A stretch of 46,004 nt of DNA from Candidatus Fimimonas merdipullorum (GCA_018713905.1 DVOC01000093.1:1-46004), one strand, 5' to 3'. Positions 17,539 to 27,936 are shown, counted from the first letter of the stretch. The notes: a model not told the origin generated them from the sequence alone. Numbers and translations: made by a program.

Positions 17539-19848
17539 TTATTCTATGACAGGCGGGGTTTCCGTCCAGACATAAATTTGAAGGTCGAGATCTTTGTCTA
17601 CGGGAGCGATATGCACGTCGCCCTTTACGTATGCGCCGTATTGATCCTTTTCAAAGCCTTGGCTTACAAGGAACTTTCTGACGGCGTCTAAAGAGGTGGA
17701 TATTGTGTAGTCGATATCCAGCGGCACGTCGTAGTAAAGCACTATGGCGCGCTTGATGTTGCTGCCGTCGTTGGCGTTGTACAGCGTGGTAAGTCCGAAG
17801 CCGAAGGTGTCGCCCAGCGCCTCGCCGAAGAAGGGAACTTGGACGTTTTCGTCGCCGAAGTAGTACTTCCAATATTCGGCGGCGTTTACCTCTACGTCTT
17901 CGCCCGTTTCGGAGAAGTCGTCGGACACCTGCAAGGTGAGCTGATCCCACGAGGTGGGTATCTGCCTTACCTCGTAGCCGTCGAAGTTGACGTCTGCGGG
18001 CACCTGCGTCTGGTTGAAGTCGCTGTATTTAAGCTCCACCACTCCGTACATAAGTCCCATGTTGAAGTAGAAGCAGGCTTTCGTTATGTAGCCGTCCTTC
18101 ACCACCACGTAGGGGGTAAAGGAGGAGGTTTCGGAGGTGTAGCCGCGGGTGGCGAATATGCCGTACAGCGCAAGGTCGTTGCCCACGCAGTTGTAGAAGG
18201 TGGTAGCCACGCCGGACATTTCGTCCGCCACGTAGAATATGGTTTCTCCCGTTTCCTCGTCGGTGTAGACCTGACGGAATATCTCGGCGGCGAAGTCGAA
18301 GGAGGGCTTTGCCGCAGATATATCTCCCGCAAACGCGCGGGAAGCAAGGAAGCTGCCGTCGGAAATATGGTAGGTGTTGTACAGCGCGTCGCTTACCTTA
18401 TGGTAACCGTAGCCTTCCTCCGGCTTGGGAGTGTGCACCTCGGTGTAGTCGGCAAGATAGCTTACCTCGTAGGGTACGAAGTGGTAGTTGTCCGCAGTGA
18501 CCGTTTCCACAAAACCGCTTTCGGTAAGGTCGGAGGTGTAGACGGAAGCCACTATCTCTTTGAAGTCCAGCGTGTAGCTGTCCAACGCCTTCATGTTGGC
18601 TATCGCCTGGTTCAGCAAGTCGTGCTTGTCTTCGTGAGAATACTTGTTTATGGTAGGCACTTCGATGACCGTTTGCTCGTCTTCCACGGAAACGTACACC
18701 ACCAGTTCCTGAATGGATCTGTAACCGGTAACCACCGTATAGTCGTCGCCGCTGACGGCGCGTATGCCCTCTATGTTATCGCCGTTGATAAGCAACGAGA
18801 AGCCGTCTACCACGAAGTCGTAGGGGTTGATGGAGGTTATGACCTTTTCCGCCAAAGCGTCGTCGCCGTTATATTCGTAGCGCCAAGTGTCCTCGTTGAA
18901 GGTGAAGTCCTCTACCGTCAGCCCCGCAAGGCAGTTGACGTAGCCGGAGTCTGCCCATGCCAGCTCGTTGCCGGCGTCGTCGGTAATGGCGACGTATTCC
19001 TCGTCGTTGTTGAAGCTGAGCGTCACCGAGGAAGCCACGCCGTTGTTATTGGCGGTGTACAGCGCCGCCGTGCCGCCCGCGGAGTTTTCGTACTCGGCGT
19101 ACCAGTGTTCGCCGTCCAGCATGGTGCGTATCGTCACCGAATAGGTGGTTTCCAGCGTGGGGAACAGCCCTATGGTGTAGACGTCGATGTCGATAAAGCC
19201 GTCAAACGCCATTTTTCTGACGTTGAGTTTGTCCAGCATTGCCTGCGTGAGGTGAGGCATTGCCACTACGGTAAGCGTTTTGGTGGCGAATTTTTCGCTG
19301 TTGGCAACGCTTCTTGCCTCCACCGTCACCACTACGTCCCCCGTAACTTCCTGCGCCGTCACAAGTCCGTTGGCGTCTACGGAGATATAGTCCTGACCGC
19401 TCGTTACGCTCCATGTAACGGCTTTGTTGTCCGCGCCGTTTACCGTTGCGGTAAGCTGCAGCGTCTGTCCGCTTTTAACTTCCGAGCCGCCGGATATGCC
19501 CACCGTAACTCCGCTGAGATCCGGTCCGGGAGGGGTGAAGCCCTTACCCTTGAAGGTGAAGGTTTCGGTAGGATCGGACATAGCGTAATCCTTGCCCACC
19601 GCCACTATGCTGTAAGTAAAGTCTTCCGTCACCGACGAAACCTGATAGGAATTTGTCGTTACGGAAAATTCTCTGTTGTTTATTGTCACTACGTAGCCTA
19701 TTGCGCCCTCTACCGCGTCCCACGTGATAAGCCCCGTGTCCGACGCCTTTACGTTTGAGGGCGTGGCGGGCTTTTCCACCTTGGGAACGCACGCGGTGAA
19801 GGTGAACAGCAAAGCTACTACAAGACACAAGCTCAGTAACTTTTTCAA
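17539..19848 (-). CDS. lipoprotein (769 aa) with FN3-like and Big_2-like N-terminal domains; paralog of the 781-aa gene
   Basis: The start is TTG, with AGGAGG 6 nt upstream. The lipobox is FTFTAC. The FN3-like segment is PSNVKASDTGLITWDAVEGAIGYVVTIN. The Big_2-like segment is GQTLQLTATVNGADNKAVTWSVTSG...GLVTAQEVTGDVVVTV. Confidence 0.85.
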   Translation of the reverse strand: MKKLLSLCLVVALLFTFTACVPKVEKPATPSNVKASDTGLITWDAVEGAIGYVVTINNREFSVTTNSYQVSSVTEDFTYSIVAVGKDYAMSDPTETFTFKGKGFTPPGPDLSGVTVGISGGSEVKSGQTLQLTATVNGADNKAVTWSVTSGQDYISVDANGLVTAQEVTGDVVVTVEARSVANSEKFATKTLTVVAMPHLTQAMLDKLNVRKMAFDGFIDIDVYTIGLFPTLETTYSVTIRTMLDGEHWYAEYENSAGGTAALYTANNNGVASSVTLSFNNDEEYVAITDDAGNELAWADSGYVNCLAGLTVEDFTFNEDTWRYEYNGDDALAEKVITSINPYDFVVDGFSLLINGDNIEGIRAVSGDDYTVVTGYRSIQELVVYVSVEDEQTVIEVPTINKYSHEDKHDLLNQAIANMKALDSYTLDFKEIVASVYTSDLTESGFVETVTADNYHFVPYEVSYLADYTEVHTPKPEEGYGYHKVSDALYNTYHISDGSFLASRAFAGDISAAKPSFDFAAEIFRQVYTDEETGETIFYVADEMSGVATTFYNCVGNDLALYGIFATRGYTSETSSFTPYVVVKDGYITKACFYFNMGLMYGVVELKYSDFNQTQVPADVNFDGYEVRQIPTSWDQLTLQVSDDFSETGEDVEVNAAEYWKYYFGDENVQVPFFGEALGDTFGFGLTTLYNANDGSNIKRAIVLYYDVPLDIDYTISTSLDAVRKFLVSQGFEKDQYGAYVKGDVHIAPVDKDLDLQIYVWTETPPVIE

Positions 19849-19858
19849 TGTATGCCTC

Positions 19859-20398
19859 CTAATAACTGTACTTGTACTCTAACGTAACCGTTTTGCCCTG
19901 CGTAGTGAAGGTGACCGTTACGCTGTTAAGCACGCCGTCCTGCATTGCCGCAAATACTTGGGCGTCGCCTTCTGCCGTAATTTCTGTGCCAAGCACGGCG
20001 GACAGTTTGTCTGCCGTCACTTTGCAGCTTACGCCCCCCTCTGCTTCCGTCGCTTCCGCTACGTTTTTAGCGGAAAGGTCGACGGTTTTGATGAGGGAAC
20101 GATCCGGCTGCAATTCCTCCGATACGGATTTTTCTTCCAGCACGAAGGAGGAGTTGAGGGTGGACTCCGCCGTGGTAACGGACATGGAGTCGCTCATTAC
20201 CGTAAGCGTTTTGCTGTAAACGTACACCGTCACGCCCCGATCTGCCACCGTTGCGGTGCAGTTGAAGGTCACGGCGTTTTGTACGGCGTTTTTCTGCGCC
20301 TTGGATATGTCGCTGAGCAGCGGATTGCACGCCGCCATGCACATCAGCACCAGACACAGCGCCGCCGCAAGCAGTATTACCGTAAGTTTTCTTTTCAT
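19859..20398 (-). CDS. small lipoprotein of unknown function (179 aa)
   Basis: The lipobox is MCMAAC. The RBS GGAGGT overlaps the stop of the protease gene, with a 4-nt gap. The sequence is beta-rich and no family was recognised. Confidence 0.8.
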   Translation of the reverse strand: MKRKLTVILLAAALCLVLMCMAACNPLLSDISKAQKNAVQNAVTFNCTATVADRGVTVYVYSKTLTVMSDSMSVTTAESTLNSSFVLEEKSVSEELQPDRSLIKTVDLSAKNVAEATEAEGGVSCKVTADKLSAVLGTEITAEGDAQVFAAMQDGVLNSVTVTFTTQGKTVTLEYKYSY

Positions 20399-20402
20399 TT
20401 CG

Positions 20403-23400
20403 TTACCTCCTTACGCCGCGGCGCTTTGCTACGAATGCCGCCGCCGTTGCAGCCGCTACGGCTGCCGCTGCCGCCGCCACGCCCGCATAGACGGAGTCTA
20501 CCGCGTCCTTGACCTGCTGCATATCCGCTTTGAGCTTCTCGTTGTATTGCGCAAGAGCGTTTTGCAGTTTGGTAAGCTTGGTGGTGTCAAGTATCATTCT
20601 TTCCGACGGTTGCAGTTTTGCTATTCTCGCAGCTATGTCGCGCAGCATTTCCACGTCCGTTATGGAGAACACATCGGGCAGAGCGTCCAGTTCCGTCTGA
20701 AGCTGGCGCGCCGCCTGACTTGCGTTGGCAAGTTTGAGCTGACGCATCGTTTCCGACGCTTCCAGCACCATTTCCACGTATTGCTCGTACTGTTTGCGGC
20801 TGTAACCGTAGACGGTAGGATCCTGCGTGATGGCGTTGTAGGCGGAAACGGCGTTGCTGATAAGCGTTTCTTCCATCAGCGTGATGGCGTTGAGCTGACT
20901 TATCTCCTCGGCGTATTCGAAGAACTGAACAAGGTTTTTGTCCCGCGCTTCGTATTCGCTGCGCTGGGCGTCGGCAGACGCGCCGAAGTACACCAGATAG
21001 GTGACTGCGTCGTATCCTTCGATGCCGCTGTTGGAGGGAAGTATCATCTTTATGGGAGCGTTTTTACCCAAAAGCCCCACGAAGTTGTAGTAGCCCAGCT
21101 CCCAGCCGCCTATGTCGAAGTACTTGTGCAGTATTTCGTAGCCGGGGTCGCCCTCCGCCAGCACGGCGTTGGGATCGTAGGAGCTTTCCAGCGCGGGAGC
21201 GGTGAAGGATCTGAACTCCACGCTTTGCAGCGCCGTGTAGCCGTAGAAGGCATAGTTGCCTATGGTCTTCAAAGAGTCGGGCAGCACTATGTGCTTGACG
21301 TAGGGGTTGGCGTTGCCCGCGTAAAGGTCTATGCGCCAAGTGTCTTCCTGAACGGTCAGCGTGTCCACGTTTTTGCCTGCCGGTACGGCTGCAAGCTGCA
21401 GATATTCCGAAGGCAGCGTCGTGTACAGCACTCCGTCGAACAGACGGGCGTATTCGTTTATTGTTCCGCTTGCGCTGCCGTCCGCCTTTTTGAATTCAGT
21501 AAGGGAAGTGCAGCCGAGGAACGCCTGCGAACCCACGTAAGCCACATTGTCCGAGAAGACGAATTGCGTGAGGGAAGCGTTGTTGTTGAATGCGCCGACG
21601 CCGATATGTTGCAGCTTTTCCGCCGCAAAAGAGGTCACGTCGGTGTTCTGGAAGGCGTAGTCGCCCACCGTCACCAAGTTGTTTGCCGTGACGTCGCCGG
21701 AAAGCCACGTGGAGGCAAACGCCCCTTCGCCTATGCTTTCGGCAGAGGTCAGATCTGCGTTTTGCAGCAGCGTCGCATTGGAGAATGCGTAGTTGCCTAT
21801 GGTTTTTACGTTGCCCAGATTTATGTTGGTAAGGGAGGTGCAGCCCGCAAAGGCATATTCCCCTACGTGCGTTACGTTTTGCGGAAGCGTTACGCTTTGC
21901 AAATTTACGCAGGACAGGAATGCGTAGTCCTGTATCGCGGTGACGTTTTGAGGGATAACGACGGAGATAAGTCCGTTGCAGCCCATAAACGCGCCGGCGC
22001 CTATGCTTACCAGAGTATCGGGAAGCACTATTTCCGTAATGGCGGGAGCCGCCCCCTCTTCGGCGTATCTGCCGAAGGCGCCTTCGCCTATCTTTTCCAC
22101 TACCGGCAAATTTACCGTGCGCAGGTTAGCGCAGTCGGCAAATGCGTAGCTGCCCACTTCCTTTACGTTGGCAAGGTTTGCCACCGAAAGGGAGGTGCAG
22201 GCGTAAAATGCTTCCGAACCGATAACTTCGTCCGTTTTGGAAAGGTCTATCGTCGAGAGCAGCGCGTCGTTGGCAAAGCAAGCCGTGCCGAAGTGCACTC
22301 CCCCTTCCGACGGCATGTTTACCGTGGTAAGAGAGGCGCAGTTCTGGAACGCTCCCAGCCCGAAGGTGGCGTTTGCGCCTATCGTGACGTTTTCCACCTT
22401 GGATTGGAAGAAGGCTCCTTCGCCGAAGGTTCCGTTTGCTCCCAGAGTTACTTCTTTAAGCCCGCTGTTGGCAAAGGCGTAGTCGCCGACGTTGAGCACC
22501 TTGTCCAGATTGACTACGGAGTTGAGCTGTGCGTCGTAGTTGAAGGCGTGATTGCCCACCGTCGTGCCCTCCGCTTCGGAGAAGGTCACCGAAACAAGGT
22601 CTGCGCAGTTGGCAAAGGCGTAGTTGCCCACCTTTACCGCACCGCTGAAGGTGACGCTTGTCACGTTGGTGCCGGCAAATGCGCCCGCGCCCACTTCCGC
22701 ATAGTCCAGCGTTATGCCGCCGGAATAGTCGTGAGCCACCGCCGCAAACACCACTTTGTTGCCGTCGGCGGAAAGCAGCAGTCCGTTGTCGCCGTCCACC
22801 GTGTAGTTGGCGCTGTTTTCCACGTTGAAATTGGCAAGCGCCGTGTTCTGGAAGACGGAGCCGAGTATCTCGTCCACCACGCTGTTGGTGTCGAACACCA
22901 AGGTGGTAAGCGCGGTACAGTCGAGGAAGCAATAGTTGCCCAGCGTCACGTTGCAGTCGGGCAAAGTGAAGCTTTGCAGTGCCGACGAACCGTAAAACGC
23001 CTGTTCGCCCAGCGTTTCCGCCGTGGCTCCATCCGCCCACGTAAAGGTTGCAAGGGAGGTGCACTCGCTGAATGCGCCGGTGCCCACGGAAACCAAAGCG
23101 TTGTGTATGGTTACGCTTTCGAGGCTGCCGCACTGCGCAAAGCAGAAGTCGGGAATGGCGATTTTTTCGTATACGTCTACGCTTGTCAGTCCGCTGCGGG
23201 CAAACATTGCGTAGGACAGCTTGGTGTTTTCGTTAAGGGTGACGCTTTCAAGCGACGTGCAGCCGCGGAATATTTCGCTGCCGCTGTTGCGCAGAGAGGA
23301 GAGGTCTACGGAGGTGAGCGACGTGCAGCCGTCGAAGGCTTTTTCGCCCATTGCGAACACCTTGCTGAGGTTGACACCGGTTAGGCTGGTGCAGCCGGCA

Positions 23401-26400
23401 AAGGCGTTGGCTCCGATGGTTTCCACCTTCGTTGCCTCCATGCCGATATTGTCTTCCGTCGCCGTGCCCGCCAGCTTTATCGTGGTGAGCTTTGCGTCGT
23501 TGTAGAAGGCGTATTCCCTTATGAACTTGACGCTGGTGGGTATTTCCACCTCTTGCAGCGCCGTACAGTTGTAGAATGCGTACTTCTGTATTTCCTCCAC
23601 GCCGTAGGGTATTACCACCGACGTGATGGAAGTGTTGGTTGAGGGAATTTTGTTGGCGTCGAAGTCGTCTTCCGGCAGTTCCACGCTGTAATCCGTTTCG
23701 TACAGACAGAAAGCGTAGGAGCCGATGTACAGAATACCTTCGTCGTCCGGTATCACCACTCTGCCGCCAAGTCCCTTGTACGCCACCAGAATACGGTCTT
23801 CGATGACGAACTCGTTTTTGACGGACAGTCGCACCGTCGCCATTATGTTAGATTCCTTGCCGGTATACTTGTTGGTGGCGCGCAGCGTTATGGTTGCGCT
23901 GCCCTCTTTGAGGGCGGTCACTTCGCCGTCCTGATTTACCGTCGCCACCCTTTCGTTGGTGGAGGAATAGGTGAAGGTGTAGTTATCCTGCGCATACCAC
24001 GGATCGAAGTCGAAGGCAAGCTTTATCTTTTCGCCGGGATAGAAGCTTACCTGACTCATGCTGCTGAGGTACATTCGGCTGCCGGTGGAGCCTATCTCGC
24101 TGGTCTGCGCCGCCCGTGAATAGGCGAACAGCGTGTCGAAATAGGAGAACCGCAAATCGCTTATGGTAGCCTGCGAAGCGTCGTCGGTGATATGCGCCCT
24201 CTTTTGAGGCCTGACGCTTGCCGAAGCCGGCTTGGAGCGCACGTTGATGATGATGTTCGCGCGGCGCAGTTCCATCTGCTCCGTCACCGTGATGGTGGCT
24301 CTGCCCGGTTTGAGGCATTGAATGATGCCTTCCTTGACGGTTACCACGCTGTCGTTGGAGGAACTCCAATTAAGGTATTTGAGGTAGTCCTTGTCGGCGT
24401 CCACGGTAGAGTCGGAGGTGGCAAGAAATTCCGTTATGTCCACCACGTCCCCTTCGTTGACGTTGTAGATTATCATGTCGCTGCCCGTCATGGTGCCGTC
24501 GGTGGTAAACTTGAAGTCGCCGCGGGTGCCGGGAAGCTGGCAGATGAATATGTTGGAGTTAAGAGCGTAGTCGTCGATGGAAAACGCCAGAGCGCTGGTT
24601 ACGAGCGAATCGGAGAATATGTCCTGCAAATAGTCGGTTATCTCGAAACGCACCGTAACGTCCTCGCCCCTTTCGCCGTAGACGGGAATGGGATTTTCCG
24701 TAAGCGTCGTGTAGGTGGAGGAGGAGGTGAATATCAGCGGCGTGATGGACTGCACGTAATGGTTGTCGTACACGGTAAGGTTGATGTAGTACCTGTCCTT
24801 GCGCTGCGTCTTGTCGTATTCCTTCTCGTAGGTGACTTCCTTGATGATGGGCGATTCGTCGTCCATATAGAAGTCGAAGCTGAAGCTGTTGCGGGCGTTG
24901 ACGGAAAGTCCGCCGTCGCCGTAGTCCAGCAATCCCTGCATTTTGAACTCGTACTGATGATTGTTGATAAGCCCCAGGTTGTAGGCGCTTATTTTGAGAT
25001 AGTCGAAGTAGGGAATGGGACTGCCGCCCAGCGAATACGCCTTGTTGGCGTTGTAGTCTACGTACTCGTACACCACCTCTCCCGTAAACTTGTCCGTTAT
25101 GGTAAAGGTCATGGTCTTGGCGTTACGCAGCAGCCCGCCGTACACGGAGGATATGCCGTCTATCGTGCCCAGCACGTTGGACATTGCTATGTGGTCTTCC
25201 GTAGCGGGGATATAGTCGTAACGGGTGGTGTCTATATCGTACAGATAGCACCCCAATGGGATTATGTAGTTGTAGTAGTAGGAGCCGTAGGGCGTGGTGG
25301 CAAAGTAGTCCGCCTTTATCTTGTCGTCCTCGTCGATGGCGTCGTTGTGCGCTTCGCTTTCCACCTCGTAGTACGTCTTGTCGAACATGGGCGCTTCCAT
25401 CCAGTTGCCGTAGAAGGCAAGGAAGGGAACGTTGAGGTTTATGCCGTCGTCGTTGTTTTCCAGCGTCACGAAGCCTTCGACGTACATGCCGTACTTGAAC
25501 AGGTTGTCGATGTACTGCATGTCTTCGGCGGCGAGGGTGTACACCACCTGCACCTTTACCGTGCTGTGAGGCTGCACCGTTACCGTGTCGGTAGCGACGC
25601 CGTCCACGGTGGTTACCACGTTGCCGTCGTCCAGCATATACGCCTTTTCGGCAACGAAATCGCTGTCGGAGGTGGATACGCTTTCCGTCATGGGCAGCAG
25701 CGAAAGGTCGTAGCTGACCACGTCGTCGGAGAAGTTGACCACGTTGAACTTCATCGTGTACACGCCCGTTCTGTCCGGATCGTCGTACAGTTCCAGCTTG
25801 GCGCGGTTTTTGCCGTCCACCGTGATATACGCCTTGGTGTTTACGGCGTTAAACAGACTTGCAAGTCCGGCTCCCTGCTTGCGGGGCGAATAGGGGTTGC
25901 CCTCCTCGTTCAACGCAATGTTCGCCGTGGACATGAGCAGCTGATTTGCCATGACCGTCACGTCCTGCATGGACATTTCGGGGAAGGTATCTTTGAGGTA
26001 CTGACGAATGAGCACCACTATGCCGCACAGGTTGGGCGCAGCCATGCTGGTGCCGCTCAGCTCGTCGTAGCCGCCGCCGGGAACGGAGGAGGTTATGTTT
26101 CCGCCGTGCGCCGTGATATCCGGTTTGAGTTCCAGCGAGGGGGAAGGTCCCCAGCTGGAAAAGTCGGACATGAACGGTCCCGCTTCGTTATCGTAGCTGA
26201 TGGTCATTTTGCCGTTGCCGCGCTCCGCCAGCGCCGTGCCGTCTTCCTTGGAGATGGATATGGTGGGAATGTGATCGCTCTTTCCCATGGACATATAGAT
26301 GTCCCCTTCAAGGTTGTTGTAGATTATGCACGCCACCGCGCCGTGGCTTTTGGCTATCTGAGCTTTTTCTTCGAAGGAGTTGTCGCCGCGGCGTACCAGA

Positions 26401-27926
26401 GCAATTTTGCCATTTACGTCCAGCGTGGCGTAGTTTACGTTAAGTCCCACGCCGGGCACGGCGACGTAGTCGAACACCTTGGTTTCACCTTGGCGCAGTC
26501 CCAGCTCCTCGAAGAAGTCGTTGGGATCGCCGGAAATATCGTTGGATTCCAAGAAGAAGAAGGTGTAGGCGTTGTTGCCGTTGGCGTCCGTCGCTTCGAT
26601 GTAGCGGCTTTTGGTACCGCTGATGGAAGCCACCGAAAGCGCCGCCTCGTAGGTGGAGGGAGAGCCTACCGTACCGCTGTCGGGGTTGGTGGCAAAGTTG
26701 GTGTTGCCGTGTTCGCCGCCGTATGCCGAGCTGTAGCTGTTGCTCGCCGCCGTTATAAGGCTGATGCCGCTTTCGTTTATCTTGTCGTAAACGTCGTTTA
26801 TTTTGTTGCCGTCCTCTTCGCGGGTGAAGCCGCAGGAGGAACCGAGGGACATATTGATGGCGTCCACTCCCAGCAGCACGGCGTCTTCCAGCGCCGCCAG
26901 AATATCGTCGGTGTCGGCGCCGTCGTCAAGGTCGGGGAACACCTTCATCAATACCAGCTGGGTGTTTACCGCAACGCCCGTAATGGTGTCGTCCTTGCCG
27001 CCGATTATGCCCGCCACGTGGGTGCCGTGCTCCGAGTCGTAGGGGAACACGTCGGAATCCTTGTCGGCATAGTCGTAGGTGAAGGGTATTTTGTCGCTGT
27101 AATACACGTCGGTGAGCTTGAGTCCCGGCGTGGTCTGCGCCGCGTTTGCAATGGGATTGCCGTTGTCGTCGGTGCCGTTCAGAATACCGCTGACGTCGTT
27201 ACGATCTATCAGCAGTTCGCCCGTGGGCTGATTCTGAAACACCGTATGGCTGCAATCGAAACCGCTGTCCAGAATTGCCACCGCGGTGCCAATGCCGGTG
27301 TAGCTGACGTTGGAGGAGTCGAATATACCGGTGGGATACACCTCGACGGCGTTGTTTATCACCGAAGCGTCCTCGCTTGCTTCCGCCGTCTGGGGACGGT
27401 TGTAGGTGTCGGAAAGTATCACGTCGTCCACGCCGGAGATTTTTTCTATCTTTTCCAGATCGCCGTACTTGACGGTAGCGGAAAAGCCGTTCATAACCGT
27501 CACGTAGCTGTGCTCCACGCTTTGGATAAGCCCCTTGGAGTACAGTTTTTCCGCAAGCGCCGCCTGCTTGTCGGCAAGCGTCTGCGCCTGCTGCTGTCCT
27601 TCGGGAGTGGCGGCGTATTGCGCCACGGAATCGGCAAGCTTGGAATACACCTTGCCGTAGGTGTCGATAAGGGCGTCGTCCTTGAGGGTTATCATTACCT
27701 TGACGTCGTCGTCCTTGTCGTAGCCGCCGTTTTCCAGCAGGTACTCCGCTTTTATCTGCGACATTACCTGCTCCTGCGTCAGCTTGAGGTCGCTGCGCAG
27801 CAGTTGCAGCTCGCCCGTTACCTTTTGCTGTTCGCTTACGTCCGGAATGACGGGCTGCAAAGTCTGACACGCGGCAAGACTGCACAGCACCACTATCATC
27901 AAAATACAAATAATTGCTTTACGCAT
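20403..27926 (-). CDS. subtilisin-like S8 serine protease with I9-like propeptide, PA insert, Fn3-like and Big_2 domains, ~900-aa BspA-type LRR region and C-terminal TM anchor (2507 aa)
   Basis: The lipobox is LCSLAAC. The catalytic motifs are AVAILDSGFD (Asp), HGTHVAGIIGG (His) and SGTSMAAPNLCG (Ser). The PA-like segment is GKIALVRRGDNSFEEKAQIAKSHGAVACIIYNN. Big_2 motifs include LKPGRATITVTE and LKEGSATITLRAT. There are many IGxxAFxxCxxLxxV LRR units. The C-terminus is AGVAAAAAAVAAATAAAFVAKRRGVRR and has no LPXTG. Confidence 0.9.
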   Translation of the reverse strand: MRKAIICILMIVVLCSLAACQTLQPVIPDVSEQQKVTGELQLLRSDLKLTQEQVMSQIKAEYLLENGGYDKDDDVKVMITLKDDALIDTYGKVYSKLADSVAQYAATPEGQQQAQTLADKQAALAEKLYSKGLIQSVEHSYVTVMNGFSATVKYGDLEKIEKISGVDDVILSDTYNRPQTAEASEDASVINNAVEVYPTGIFDSSNVSYTGIGTAVAILDSGFDCSHTVFQNQPTGELLIDRNDVSGILNGTDDNGNPIANAAQTTPGLKLTDVYYSDKIPFTYDYADKDSDVFPYDSEHGTHVAGIIGGKDDTITGVAVNTQLVLMKVFPDLDDGADTDDILAALEDAVLLGVDAINMSLGSSCGFTREEDGNKINDVYDKINESGISLITAASNSYSSAYGGEHGNTNFATNPDSGTVGSPSTYEAALSVASISGTKSRYIEATDANGNNAYTFFFLESNDISGDPNDFFEELGLRQGETKVFDYVAVPGVGLNVNYATLDVNGKIALVRRGDNSFEEKAQIAKSHGAVACIIYNNLEGDIYMSMGKSDHIPTISISKEDGTALAERGNGKMTISYDNEAGPFMSDFSSWGPSPSLELKPDITAHGGNITSSVPGGGYDELSGTSMAAPNLCGIVVLIRQYLKDTFPEMSMQDVTVMANQLLMSTANIALNEEGNPYSPRKQGAGLASLFNAVNTKAYITVDGKNRAKLELYDDPDRTGVYTMKFNVVNFSDDVVSYDLSLLPMTESVSTSDSDFVAEKAYMLDDGNVVTTVDGVATDTVTVQPHSTVKVQVVYTLAAEDMQYIDNLFKYGMYVEGFVTLENNDDGINLNVPFLAFYGNWMEAPMFDKTYYEVESEAHNDAIDEDDKIKADYFATTPYGSYYYNYIIPLGCYLYDIDTTRYDYIPATEDHIAMSNVLGTIDGISSVYGGLLRNAKTMTFTITDKFTGEVVYEYVDYNANKAYSLGGSPIPYFDYLKISAYNLGLINNHQYEFKMQGLLDYGDGGLSVNARNSFSFDFYMDDESPIIKEVTYEKEYDKTQRKDRYYINLTVYDNHYVQSITPLIFTSSSTYTTLTENPIPVYGERGEDVTVRFEITDYLQDIFSDSLVTSALAFSIDDYALNSNIFICQLPGTRGDFKFTTDGTMTGSDMIIYNVNEGDVVDITEFLATSDSTVDADKDYLKYLNWSSSNDSVVTVKEGIIQCLKPGRATITVTEQMELRRANIIINVRSKPASASVRPQKRAHITDDASQATISDLRFSYFDTLFAYSRAAQTSEIGSTGSRMYLSSMSQVSFYPGEKIKLAFDFDPWYAQDNYTFTYSSTNERVATVNQDGEVTALKEGSATITLRATNKYTGKESNIMATVRLSVKNEFVIEDRILVAYKGLGGRVVIPDDEGILYIGSYAFCLYETDYSVELPEDDFDANKIPSTNTSITSVVIPYGVEEIQKYAFYNCTALQEVEIPTSVKFIREYAFYNDAKLTTIKLAGTATEDNIGMEATKVETIGANAFAGCTSLTGVNLSKVFAMGEKAFDGCTSLTSVDLSSLRNSGSEIFRGCTSLESVTLNENTKLSYAMFARSGLTSVDVYEKIAIPDFCFAQCGSLESVTIHNALVSVGTGAFSECTSLATFTWADGATAETLGEQAFYGSSALQSFTLPDCNVTLGNYCFLDCTALTTLVFDTNSVVDEILGSVFQNTALANFNVENSANYTVDGDNGLLLSADGNKVVFAAVAHDYSGGITLDYAEVGAGAFAGTNVTSVTFSGAVKVGNYAFANCADLVSVTFSEAEGTTVGNHAFNYDAQLNSVVNLDKVLNVGDYAFANSGLKEVTLGANGTFGEGAFFQSKVENVTIGANATFGLGAFQNCASLTTVNMPSEGGVHFGTACFANDALLSTIDLSKTDEVIGSEAFYACTSLSVANLANVKEVGSYAFADCANLRTVNLPVVEKIGEGAFGRYAEEGAAPAITEIVLPDTLVSIGAGAFMGCNGLISVVIPQNVTAIQDYAFLSCVNLQSVTLPQNVTHVGEYAFAGCTSLTNINLGNVKTIGNYAFSNATLLQNADLTSAESIGEGAFASTWLSGDVTANNLVTVGDYAFQNTDVTSFAAEKLQHIGVGAFNNNASLTQFVFSDNVAYVGSQAFLGCTSLTEFKKADGSASGTINEYARLFDGVLYTTLPSEYLQLAAVPAGKNVDTLTVQEDTWRIDLYAGNANPYVKHIVLPDSLKTIGNYAFYGYTALQSVEFRSFTAPALESSYDPNAVLAEGDPGYEILHKYFDIGGWELGYYNFVGLLGKNAPIKMILPSNSGIEGYDAVTYLVYFGASADAQRSEYEARDKNLVQFFEYAEEISQLNAITLMEETLISNAVSAYNAITQDPTVYGYSRKQYEQYVEMVLEASETMRQLKLANASQAARQLQTELDALPDVFSITDVEMLRDIAARIAKLQPSERMILDTTKLTKLQNALAQYNEKLKADMQQVKDAVDSVYAGVAAAAAAVAAATAAAFVAKRRGVRR

Positions 27927-27936
27927 AGTTTCTCCT

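Noticed and set aside
5755-27926. A diversity-generating retroelement (DGR) or other hypervariation system acting on the repeat-rich surface proteins.
   Set aside because: There is no reverse transcriptase in the window. I saw no template/variable repeat pair with adenine-specific differences. The protein repeats are old and diverged at the DNA level.
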